Source: Candidatus Eiseniibacteriota bacterium
Lineage (GTDB): Bacteria > Eisenbacteria > RBG-16-71-46 > SZUA-252
Direction of reading: 5' to 3'
Assembly (NCBI GenBank): GCA_963703225.1
Contig: OY969801.1
Coordinates: forward strand, 2,912,001-2,976,000
DNA: 64,000 nt
The translations under genes and the position numbers were made by a program. This document shows, piece after piece, positions 37,546-45,824 of the stretch; position 1 is the stretch's first letter, and each line of letters begins with the position of its first letter. Under the pieces are notes generated by a model. The model did no database searches, was not told where the DNA came from, and saw nothing but the letters and a program-made list of their open reading frames with translations.

Positions 37546-39330
37546 ATGCGGTCGCGCCAAGAACCCGAGAAATCGCGAGAACGTACGCTCCGGCCGCAAA
37601 GGGCAGCGCCGCTTTGGCTGGCCGTCATTCTCGCCTCGATCGTCCTCCTCTCCGCCCTCGCGCCGCAGTGGAAGTCGCTCGACTACGACTTCGTCTGGGA
37701 TGATCCGTTCTTGATCGGCCCGCATCTCGCGGTCAAGGGGTGGGATGGCGTGGTCAAGCTCTGGAATCAGCCGTTCGACCTCCGGCTCAAGGATGAGGCG
37801 CTGGCGCGGAGCTACTTCCGTCCCGCGACGCTCTTCAGCTTCGCGCTCGACTGGGCGAGGTCGGGGGATGATCCACGCGCGTACCACGCACAAAATCTCT
37901 TCTGGTACGCGATCGGCTGCCTCTTCCTCTGGCTCCTCGCCTGGGAGATCTCCGGGCTCCCGATCGCGGCGACCGCGGGGACCGTTCTCTTCGCCCTCCA
38001 CCCAACCCATCCGGAGAGCGTCTGCTTTATCGCGGGCCGAACCGATCTCCTGGCCGGCGCGTTTCTCTTCGCGTCCCTTTGGGCCGCCGCGCGGTTCGGG
38101 CCGGAGATTCGGTCCCCTTGGCGGAAGCTGCTGCCCGCCGCGCTGCTCCTGCTCCCCGGTCTCTTCGCCAAGGAGGTCGCGCTGTTCGGCTCGCCGTTGG
38201 TGGTGCTCACCCTCTGGCTCAAGGATCGCAGGGTCGGCCCCTCGACGATCGCGCGGGCGAGCGTGCCGGTCGTTGCGGCGATCCTTGTCTACTTGCTCGC
38301 GCGATACGCCGCGCTCGGATCGACGCCGCTCCCCGCGATCCCGCCGGTCCAGGGCACCCTGCCCCAGATCCTCACCAGCGTGGCGGTGGTCGCGAGGTAC
38401 GTCCAGCTTCTCGTCTTCCCGATCGGCCTCACCGCGCGGCACGAAATCGCGGCGACCGTGGCGCCCGACGGCATCTTCTTCGCGGGTCTCCTCGCGCTCC
38501 TCGCGATGGCCGTGGGGGCGGTGCTCCTGGCGCGCCGCCGCTCGATGTGGCTTCTGCCGCTCGGCCTCTTCGCGGCAACGCTCCTTCCGATCTGCTACGT
38601 CCGCATCCTCTCGGGGGCGCTCGTCGCCGAGCGCTTCCTCTTCGTCCCGAGCGCGGCCCTCGCGCTCGTCGTGGCGCTCCTGCCGGGGAAGCGGGACGCG
38701 GGGCCACTTTTCTTGGGCGTCGTGGCGGCGGCGGCGATCTGGTTCTACACGCTCCTCGCGCCCCGCGTGCTGAACTGGAGAAACGAGGGAACGCTCTTCG
38801 GCTCGATGCTTCGCGACTCTCCGGAGTCGCCCCACGTCCACGGCATCATCGGCGACTACTATTACCGCCAGCGGGATCTGCCGCGGGCCGCCGCCCACTT
38901 CCGCCGCTCGTTCGAGCTCTATCCGCTGTCAGGCGTGATGCTCCTGAATCTCGGCGCCGCGGAGGACGAAATGGGGCAACCCGACTCCGCCTTCATCCAT
39001 ATTCGAAAGCTGAACGCCCTGGAGCCCGACTACGGCCCCGGTTGGTACGCGCTGGGCAATCTCCACGCGCGCGCGGCGCAGCCCGATTCCGCGCGGGTGG
39101 CCTACGAGCATGCGATCCGCCTCATGCCCCAATTCGCGGAGGCGGAGAACAACCTCGGCGCGGTGCTCGAGCAGATGGGGCGGTTCGATGAGGCGGTCGC
39201 GCACTACCGGCGGGCGGTCGAGGTTCAGCCTGGATACCCGGAGGCGTCGCGGAATCTGAGCCGCCTCTCGGCGGAGATCCAGGCGAAGGCGGACAGCCTC
39301 GCCGCCGTCCGGGGCACGAGGCGGCGATGA
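37546..39330 (+). CDS. TMTC-like GT-C membrane glycosyltransferase with C-terminal TPRs
   Basis: FVWDD acidic motif, YFRP, LFALHPTHPESV..IAGR, FAKE, AERFLFVP, WRNEGTLF, then TPRs (NNLGAVLEQMGRFDEA). Confidence 0.82.
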   Translation: MRSRQEPEKSRERTLRPQRAAPLWLAVILASIVLLSALAPQWKSLDYDFVWDDPFLIGPHLAVKGWDGVVKLWNQPFDLRLKDEALARSYFRPATLFSFALDWARSGDDPRAYHAQNLFWYAIGCLFLWLLAWEISGLPIAATAGTVLFALHPTHPESVCFIAGRTDLLAGAFLFASLWAAARFGPEIRSPWRKLLPAALLLLPGLFAKEVALFGSPLVVLTLWLKDRRVGPSTIARASVPVVAAILVYLLARYAALGSTPLPAIPPVQGTLPQILTSVAVVARYVQLLVFPIGLTARHEIAATVAPDGIFFAGLLALLAMAVGAVLLARRRSMWLLPLGLFAATLLPICYVRILSGALVAERFLFVPSAALALVVALLPGKRDAGPLFLGVVAAAAIWFYTLLAPRVLNWRNEGTLFGSMLRDSPESPHVHGIIGDYYYRQRDLPRAAAHFRRSFELYPLSGVMLLNLGAAEDEMGQPDSAFIHIRKLNALEPDYGPGWYALGNLHARAAQPDSARVAYEHAIRLMPQFAEAENNLGAVLEQMGRFDEAVAHYRRAVEVQPGYPEASRNLSRLSAEIQAKADSLAAVRGTRRR

Positions 39331-40793
39331 AGTCGCTCGCACATTCGCTCGAAGGGCTCCGCGTGAGCGGCGTGATCGGCCTCTCGCCCCGGTCGCTCGC
39401 GATCGCGTTTGGGACCAAGCCGCGACGCTACCTCTGGATGCATCTCGAGCGAAAGCGGGCCGAACTGGCGTTCGCCGACCGGCTCCCCAGCACCCCCGAT
39501 CCGCGCGGTTCACGTTACGGCGCGATCGAGGAGGCCATTCGAGGGCTCACGGTCTCGAGGGCCGAGGTCGACGCGGGCGGATCGATCACCCTCCGCCTGT
39601 CGCCCGAGCCCGATCGAGACGCTACCCACGAGATTCTCGTCACCGCGAGCGGCACCCGGACCAATCTCGTCGTGCTCCAGGTGGCGGATGGCACCGTGCT
39701 CTGGGCGCTCCACCGCGAGCCGGAGGGCGCGGGGGCGGCACCGTCGGGGGCTCCGCCCGCCGCCTTTCACGCGCCCGAGATTCGGGCCGCCCACGAGCCG
39801 GCGGAGCGAGAGCGGCTCGCGGCCCAGATCGCGCGGGCCTTTAAAGAGGATTTCGACCGGGAGCTGGCGCACGAACTAAACGCCGCGGAGCGTGGGCTCA
39901 CGCGGCGTTTGGAAGCACAAGGGGGGGACCTGGAGCGGACGCGCGCCTACTTGGCCGCGCGCCGCTGGGGGGAAATCTTGCTCTCGCATTATCGCGAGAT
40001 TCCAAGGGGGGCGAGCCGCGTCCGTCTCCCCGACACGTTCGCGGACTCGCCTGGAGCCACGGTCGAGATCCCGCTCGATCCGACACTCACTCCCCAAAAT
40101 AACGCGGCGCGTCTCTTCCAGAAGGCGAAGAAGGGCGAGCGCGGTCAGAGGCTGGTGGAAGAACGCATCGCTCAAACCCGGAAGAGCCTAGCGGGGCTTG
40201 CTGGGGTGCGCCGCGACCTCCTGACCCGTCCGCCGAAGGAAGCGCTCAAGCTCTTTCACGACTTCCTCCGCGAAGCGGGATTGAGTTTCAAGGCGCGGGG
40301 CGACGGTCGAAAGATCCGTCTGGGTCGACGGACCGCCGCCACGCCCCGCGCGGGACGTCCAGGGCACCGACCTCCAGGGGCGCGCGAGTCGATCAGGCCA
40401 AGGACGCTCGTCACAAGCGATGGATGGGAGGTCTGGGTCGGCCGCAACAACGCCGACAACGACCGCATCACCCACCGGCTATCGAACCCCCACGATCTCT
40501 GGTTCCACGTCGTGGGGGTCCCGGGCTCCCACGTCATCCTCCGCCGACCTTCGCGTAACGCGGTACCCAAGCCACGTGCGCTTGAGGAGGCGGCCGCGAT
40601 CGCCGCCTACTTCAGCAAGGCGAGGAAGCTTTCGCGGGTCCCGGTCATTTTCACAGAACGAAAATTTGTCTCGAAACCCCGCCGCGGCAAACCCGGACAG
40701 GCAATCTGCTCACGAGAGCGGGAACTGCTCGTCCGTCCCGGGATTCCCGAGTCGAACGCCGGCGGTGCCAGTGAGCGCGAGGTGTCTAGCTAA
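39327..40793 (+). CDS. NFACT / RqcH (FbpA)-family protein with divergent N-terminus
   Basis: Coiled coil, EIPLDPTLTPQNNAARLFQKAKK, NFACT-R domain (VGRNNADND, DLWFHVVGVPGSHV, AAAIAAYFSKAR); ATGA-coupled to the upstream gene. Confidence 0.88.
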   Translation: MKSLAHSLEGLRVSGVIGLSPRSLAIAFGTKPRRYLWMHLERKRAELAFADRLPSTPDPRGSRYGAIEEAIRGLTVSRAEVDAGGSITLRLSPEPDRDATHEILVTASGTRTNLVVLQVADGTVLWALHREPEGAGAAPSGAPPAAFHAPEIRAAHEPAERERLAAQIARAFKEDFDRELAHELNAAERGLTRRLEAQGGDLERTRAYLAARRWGEILLSHYREIPRGASRVRLPDTFADSPGATVEIPLDPTLTPQNNAARLFQKAKKGERGQRLVEERIAQTRKSLAGLAGVRRDLLTRPPKEALKLFHDFLREAGLSFKARGDGRKIRLGRRTAATPRAGRPGHRPPGARESIRPRTLVTSDGWEVWVGRNNADNDRITHRLSNPHDLWFHVVGVPGSHVILRRPSRNAVPKPRALEEAAAIAAYFSKARKLSRVPVIFTERKFVSKPRRGKPGQAICSRERELLVRPGIPESNAGGASEREVSS

Positions 40794-40799
40794 GGTGCG

Positions 40800-41035
40800 G
40801 AAGCGATGCGCGGTGGGGGGGACCCATCCTGGATCACTGCTGCTTCAAAACAAGGGGTCGCGGACAGATGAGGCACCCAAAGAGAGTCAGTCTAGGAGCC
40901 TTTATGTCCAAACGGACTCGAGAGGAGGTAGGTTTAGCCCTGGCCTTGGCATCTCCAGAGTGCTCCCAGTCGTCCGCGGCCCTGATGTCGTTGTTTTGCC
41001 TTTAGGAAGCCACCCCGTTCCGGCGGGCTGACGTT
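40800..41035 (-). ncRNA. Candidate sigma54-dependent small RNA (ends approximate)
   Basis: Lies directly downstream of a -24/-12 promoter; the only ORF I noted with a plausible RBS is 16 codons. Contains anti-SD ACCUCCUCU and a long hairpin (40862-40909) whose G-U pairs form only on the minus strand. Confidence 0.5.
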
Positions 41036-41046
41036 CGGCCCTAAAG

Positions 41047-41062
41047 AGCATCGCGCGTGCCG
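41047..41062 (-). promoter_or_regulatory. Sigma54 (-24/-12) promoter
   Basis: Minus strand CGGCACGCGCGATGCT = GG-N10-GC, close to the consensus TGGCACGNNNNTTGCW. Confidence 0.72.
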
Positions 41063-41177
41063 CGTTTGGCTCGACACAGCCACTAATTTGGACTGCGAGT
41101 AAAACAGTCTAATTATGCAAGTTAAGCTCTTCACTCCACCGCCTCTCCTCACCCGGTTCGGGCTCCCGCTGCCCATC

Positions 41178-41197
41178 GTGGGACATGAATGTCACAC
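41178..41197. promoter_or_regulatory. Palindromic enhancer site (UAS) 1
   Basis: GTGGGACA-TGAA-TGTCACAC, about 150 bp upstream of the predicted sigma54 start. Confidence 0.65.
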
Positions 41198-41268
41198 TTT
41201 GACATGGCGAATTCGGCATAACACTGGGTAGCCCAAGAGTTTAGCGCGATGTCACGCCACATTCATCG

Positions 41269-41288
41269 GCGCGACATCGATGTCACGG
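41269..41288. promoter_or_regulatory. Palindromic enhancer site (UAS) 2
   Basis: GCGCGACA-TCGA-TGTCACGG; additional half sites TGTCACGC (41250-41257) and TTTGACAT (41198-41205). Confidence 0.6.
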
Positions 41289-41375
41289 CGGCTCCCTGGA
41301 TCTCGGAGGCTGGAAGCCCGCGGCACCTGCCCTCGCATTCAGCTGAAACCGGGCAGCCCACTACCACGTTCTAAT

Positions 41376-41404
41376 GGATGACCGAAATGCGATTCTGGTC
41401 ATCC
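41376..41404. promoter_or_regulatory. Probable TetR operator
   Basis: Perfect 8-bp inverted repeat GGATGACC-N13-GGTCATCC, 18 bp upstream of the tetR ATG. Confidence 0.65.
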
Positions 41405-41422
41405 GCACAGAGTGGAGGGCTC

Positions 41423-42085
41423 ATGGAGGTCCAAGGGCTTCAAACCCAGTGGTCAGCGGCCGGGGAGCGGATCCTGGACGCAGCGGATCGGCTATTGGCC
41501 CGGTTCGGATACAAGAAGATGACGGTCGAGAGCCTCGCCAAGGAGGCTGGGATCGGTAAGGGCACGGTCTACCTGTCGTTCGAGAGCAAAGCCGACGTCG
41601 CCCTCGCCTGCATCGACCGGATGGCGGCGCGGCTTCTCCTGCGCCTGCACACCATCGGCGCCGGCGCGGGCCCGCCCGAGCAACGTCTCCGCGACATGCT
41701 CCTCGAGCGCGTCATGCACCGCTTCGACTACGCGCGGCCGCACTCCTTAAGCCTCGACGACCTGCTCGCGTCGATCCGGCCGATGCTCCTTCAGCACCGG
41801 GTCGAATACTTCCGAGCCGAAAGCAGGGCGCTGGCCGCGGTGATCGAGGAAGGGCGCCGACTTGGAACGTTCGAGGTCGTGGATCCCGCCGCGACGGCGG
41901 ACGCGATGGTCACGGCGACCAACGCATTGCTTCCCTACAGCCTCAGCGTCGAAGAGCTCGGCCGGCGGAGCGAAATCCTGCGCCGGGCCGATGGGATCAT
42001 CCACCTGCTCCTCCACGGCATTGTCGCCGGCCCCAGGGACCAACGGCAAAGCGCGGTGAGCGACCATGGGAGGAATGCAACATGA
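41423..42085 (+). CDS. TetR/AcrR-family transcriptional regulator
   Basis: ILDAADRLLARFGYKKMTVESLAKEAGIGKGTVYLSFESK HTH; ATG 41423 after GGAGGG. Confidence 0.92.
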   Translation: MEVQGLQTQWSAAGERILDAADRLLARFGYKKMTVESLAKEAGIGKGTVYLSFESKADVALACIDRMAARLLLRLHTIGAGAGPPEQRLRDMLLERVMHRFDYARPHSLSLDDLLASIRPMLLQHRVEYFRAESRALAAVIEEGRRLGTFEVVDPAATADAMVTATNALLPYSLSVEELGRRSEILRRADGIIHLLLHGIVAGPRDQRQSAVSDHGRNAT

Positions 42086-43269
42086 AGACCGAGACCTTGC
42101 ACCCCAGGCGCACCACAACCGGCGCGCGCGCCGGAGCCATCACGCTCGCGGCCGCACTCTTCTGCCTCGCGCTCCTCCACGCTCCGGCGACGGCGCAATT
42201 CGGCGGTCCCCCGCCCGACCAGCCCAACATGTACGTCGACGCCAAGCTTCGCGCCGTGACGGTCGACACCCTCGCGGCCGCGATCGAACGTGGCTACGTC
42301 TTCCCGGACGTGGCCAAGAAGACCGCCTCGGCGCTCCGGTCGAAGCTCAAGAAGGGGGGATATGCCGGACTCGACAGCGCGGAAGCGTTCGTCGACTCGC
42401 TCACCGTGGACCTTCGCGCCTTCGGGAACGATCACCACTTCCGTGTCGGCTACTGGAACCGGGAGCTTCCGGAGAGCGCCTTCGTCGGCAGCAATCAGTC
42501 GGCCGATGAGCGAGCCCGCGAGGATCTCCAGGCTCGTCGCCTCAACTACGGATTCGAGCGAGTTCAACGGCTCGCCGGAAACGTCGGCTACCTCGACCTG
42601 CGGGGCTTCGTCGGCACGCCCGAGGCGGGGGCCCTGGCGATGGCGGCGATGACGCTCCTCAACGGGAGCGAAGCGCTGATCATCGATCTGAGGCGAAACG
42701 GCGGCGGCAGCCCGAACATGATCGTGCTGCTCCTGAGCTGGCTCATGCCCGCCGACGAGCGGGTCCACGTGAACGATTTCTATCTCCGCGAGGGGGACGA
42801 AATCCGGCAGTACTACACGCTCCCCACCGTGCCCGGCCCACGCTACCTCGACAAGGAGCTCTACGTGCTCACCAGCCACCGCACGGGCTCGGCGGCCGAG
42901 GAGTTCGCCTACGACGTGAAGAACCTAAAGCGCGGCACCCTGGTGGGCGAAACGACGGTCGGCGCCGCGAATCCGGGAGGAGCTGTGCGCCTGAACAGCC
43001 ACTTCGCGGCGTTCATCTCGGGCGGCCGCGCGATCAGCCCGATCACCAAGACCAACTGGGAAGGCGTCGGCGTCGTGCCCGACGTGAAGACCTCGGCGGA
43101 CGACGCGCTCAAGACCGCGCACGTCTCGGCGCTCATGAACCTGATCGCCAAGGAATCCGACCCCGACCGCAAGCCCTCGCTCGAGCGCGCGCTTCAGATG
43201 GCCAAGGATGCGCCGGTCGAAGCGCTGGATCTTGGTGGACCGAGGATGATGACCAAGCCCGGCAAGTGA
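42082..43269 (+). CDS. Secreted S41-family (IRBP/tail-specific-like) peptidase
   Basis: Signal peptide ending ATA; VGYLDLRGF, IIDLRRNGGG, catalytic-Ser motif TGSAAEEF, GETTVGA, WEGVGVVPD; ATGA-coupled to tetR. Confidence 0.9.
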   Translation: MKTETLHPRRTTTGARAGAITLAAALFCLALLHAPATAQFGGPPPDQPNMYVDAKLRAVTVDTLAAAIERGYVFPDVAKKTASALRSKLKKGGYAGLDSAEAFVDSLTVDLRAFGNDHHFRVGYWNRELPESAFVGSNQSADERAREDLQARRLNYGFERVQRLAGNVGYLDLRGFVGTPEAGALAMAAMTLLNGSEALIIDLRRNGGGSPNMIVLLLSWLMPADERVHVNDFYLREGDEIRQYYTLPTVPGPRYLDKELYVLTSHRTGSAAEEFAYDVKNLKRGTLVGETTVGAANPGGAVRLNSHFAAFISGGRAISPITKTNWEGVGVVPDVKTSADDALKTAHVSALMNLIAKESDPDRKPSLERALQMAKDAPVEALDLGGPRMMTKPGK

Positions 43270-43312
43270 TCTGGAAGTGGCGGAAGTGGCGGTGAAGCCG
43301 GACGCGGTGCGG

Positions 43313-45778
43313 CTAGTAGATCTGCTTGAGGAGCCGGATCAAATGGCGCCGCGTGATGCCCAGCTCGAGCGCGGCGCGGCTCCGGTTACCGGCGTTCCGC
43401 GAGAGCGCGGCCAAGATCTCCTCGCGCTTCACGAGATCCACCTTGCCGCGCAGGCCGCGTGCCGGGTGGGCCTCGGCGGCCGGAGTGCCGCCCGGGTAGA
43501 GGAGGCGCAAGAGCGTCGCCCGGTCGACCAGCTCCTGGCGGCCGGCGCAGAGGAAGACCGACTCCACCTTGTGCTTCAGCTCCCGAACGTTCCCCATCCA
43601 CGGGAGCGACACCCAGTATTCGAGCGCATCCTCCGAGAGGACCAACTGCCGGCCCTCGCGCGCCGACAGCTCGTCGAGGAAGTTTCGGATCATGAGCGGG
43701 ATATCTTCGCGCCGCTCGCGGAGGGGCGGGAGCGAGAGGACGACCTGCCCCAGCCGGTAGTAGAGATCGGCGCGGAACCAGCCCGCCTTCACCGCGGCGT
43801 CGAGATCTTTGTTCGTCGCGGAGATGATCCGGACGTTCAATCGCCGCGAGCGAACCTCGCCCAGGCGCCGGTAGGTCCCGTCATCCAACACCTGTAAGAG
43901 CTTGACCTGGGTGCGCTCGCTCAATTCGCCGATCTCGTTCAGGAAGATCGTGCCGCCGTCCGCCTCCTCGAAAATTCCGCGCTTCGTGATCGCGGCGCCG
44001 GTGAAGGCGCCGCGGACGTAACCAAAAAGCTCGCTCTCGACCAAGTCGCCGGGGAGGCTGGTGCAGTTCACCTCCACGAACGGGCGGCCGCGCTCGACCT
44101 CGAAGGAGCGGAACATGTAGGCGAGGAGGTTCTTCCCCGTGCCGGTCTCGCCTTGAATCAAGACCCGCGCGGGGGTCGTCATCAGCTCCGATGCCTTCCG
44201 AACCAGCTCCAGCATTCTCGGGTTCTGGCTGATGATCCCGTGGGCGCGCGCGATGTCCTGAGCCTGCGAGGAGGGCGACGCGGTGGGGCGCTGGCCCCGC
44301 GGCGCGGTGATCCAGGAAGGCGCCTTCAATTCGCGGAGCGCCGCCTCGCAAGCCTTCATCGAATCTTCCATTCCGAGCTGCTCGAAGAGATACATCGCCT
44401 TGAAGGCGAGATTCTGGGCTTCGCGCGTCCGCTCGGCGTCGCCGCCGCCGGGCATCCGCCGCGCCTGCTCCAGGTAGGCCCGGGCGAGCTCGCGCCGCTC
44501 GTGGATCGACTCCAAGAGTCGGACGGCTTCGCGTGACTGCTCGTTGGCGTCCCCGATCCGTCCTTCCAGGGTGTGGATCTGCGCCAGTACGCGCCGCGCC
44601 GCGCCCTCCTCGAGCTGATCTTTGAGCCGGCAGGAGCGGTGGAGCGCATCCTCCGCCGCCTTGAACGCGAGCGGCAGATCGCCGCGCGTCGCGAACGCTT
44701 CGGCGCGCCGGCGCTGGAGCTCGTGGACCATGTCCCCTTCGGGCGCGATCTGCTGCGCCATCTCCAGGGCGTCGCTGTAGAGGTCGAGCGCTTCGTCCAA
44801 ATGCCGCATCTCGTGTTGCAGCTCGCCGCGGCTGAAGAGGCAGAGAACCTGCTCGCGCGAGGTCCCCAAACGGGACGTGATCTGGGACGCGGCGGCGAGG
44901 TGCGCCTCCGCCGTCGCGAAGTCGTGGCGGAAGGTGGCGATCGTCGACAAGCCGATCCGCATGCGGGCCACGCCGGCCTCCCGGCCGATCTGGACGTACG
45001 AATTGAGCGCGCGGTCGAAATGCTCCGCGGCCTCGTCCCACGAGCCGGCCTTCAGATGAACGATGCCGAGGTTGGCGCAGGAGACGGCGATGTAGGCGAA
45101 ATTGCCGAGGCGGGTCGCTATTTCCATGGAGCGGAGCAAATGCCACGTCGCCTGCCTCCAGTCCGAGAGGTGGCGATAGAGCACGCCGAGATTGTTGTGG
45201 GCGCGGATCACGCCCTCTTCATCGTTCAGATCCCATCGGAATAGATGAAGCGCCGCCTCGTAGAACTCCTTCGCCTTGTCCAGGTCGCCGAGGCGGAAAT
45301 AAATCCGCCCGAAGCAGTTGTAGGAGTGCGCCAGGGGCGCCATGAGATTCTTGTCTTTGAAGTAGGCGTGAGCCCGCTCGCAGCTCCCGAGGGCCTCCTC
45401 GTACTGAGAAAGCTCGATCAAGGCCCGGGCGCTCTGGAGCTGGAGCCGCGCGATGAGCTCGGGGCTGGTCTCGGCGACGGCGCGGGCCCGCGCGCGGGCC
45501 AGGTGCTTGAGCGCGCCGGGCGCATCGCCCCGCTCGATCAGGACCTGCGCCGCCTTCAGCTCGAGCGTCGCGACGCGGGCGGGATCGAGGCCCAGCCGTT
45601 CCGCCGAGTGGATGCACTCTTCGAGGTTTTGCAGCGCCGGGAGGTAGCTGTCGGCGCGCAGAAAGATCTCCGAGAGATCTTCGAGGGATTGGAGATGTCG
45701 TTCGGGATCCTGCGTGAGGCGGGCGGTGGAAACCGCCTCCTCACGTTCCCGTATCAGGTCGGTCGTGGTCTTGTCCAC
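43313..45778 (-). CDS. Sigma54 enhancer-binding protein with long N-terminal TPR array, AAA+ domain and Fis-type HTH
   Basis: About 490 aa of TPRs (YNCFGRIYFRLGD, HNNLGVLY, ANLGIVH); GETGTGK, ESELFG, GAFTGA, FLNEIG, FRADLYYRL; HTH GNRSRAALELGITRRHLIRLL. Confidence 0.93.
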   Translation of the reverse strand: MDKTTTDLIREREEAVSTARLTQDPERHLQSLEDLSEIFLRADSYLPALQNLEECIHSAERLGLDPARVATLELKAAQVLIERGDAPGALKHLARARARAVAETSPELIARLQLQSARALIELSQYEEALGSCERAHAYFKDKNLMAPLAHSYNCFGRIYFRLGDLDKAKEFYEAALHLFRWDLNDEEGVIRAHNNLGVLYRHLSDWRQATWHLLRSMEIATRLGNFAYIAVSCANLGIVHLKAGSWDEAAEHFDRALNSYVQIGREAGVARMRIGLSTIATFRHDFATAEAHLAAASQITSRLGTSREQVLCLFSRGELQHEMRHLDEALDLYSDALEMAQQIAPEGDMVHELQRRRAEAFATRGDLPLAFKAAEDALHRSCRLKDQLEEGAARRVLAQIHTLEGRIGDANEQSREAVRLLESIHERRELARAYLEQARRMPGGGDAERTREAQNLAFKAMYLFEQLGMEDSMKACEAALRELKAPSWITAPRGQRPTASPSSQAQDIARAHGIISQNPRMLELVRKASELMTTPARVLIQGETGTGKNLLAYMFRSFEVERGRPFVEVNCTSLPGDLVESELFGYVRGAFTGAAITKRGIFEEADGGTIFLNEIGELSERTQVKLLQVLDDGTYRRLGEVRSRRLNVRIISATNKDLDAAVKAGWFRADLYYRLGQVVLSLPPLRERREDIPLMIRNFLDELSAREGRQLVLSEDALEYWVSLPWMGNVRELKHKVESVFLCAGRQELVDRATLLRLLYPGGTPAAEAHPARGLRGKVDLVKREEILAALSRNAGNRSRAALELGITRRHLIRLLKQIY

Positions 45779-45824
45779 GTTAGGTCTTTGACGAGATGAG
45801 TTCCGGGGCCCTCAGGGCCATCGG

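Noticed and set aside
40955..41010. c-di-GMP-I (GEMM) riboswitch resemblance (AAAGGCAAAAC...GGACG on the minus strand)
   Set aside because: It lacks the GNRA-capped stem, the GCAAAGC junction and the tetraloop receptor, and there is no downstream gene to regulate.
40420..41176. ORFs 40420-41031 (+) and 40934-41176 (-) as protein genes
   Set aside because: No motifs or convincing RBS. The first overlaps the NFACT gene out of frame, and the second runs across the sigma54 promoter.
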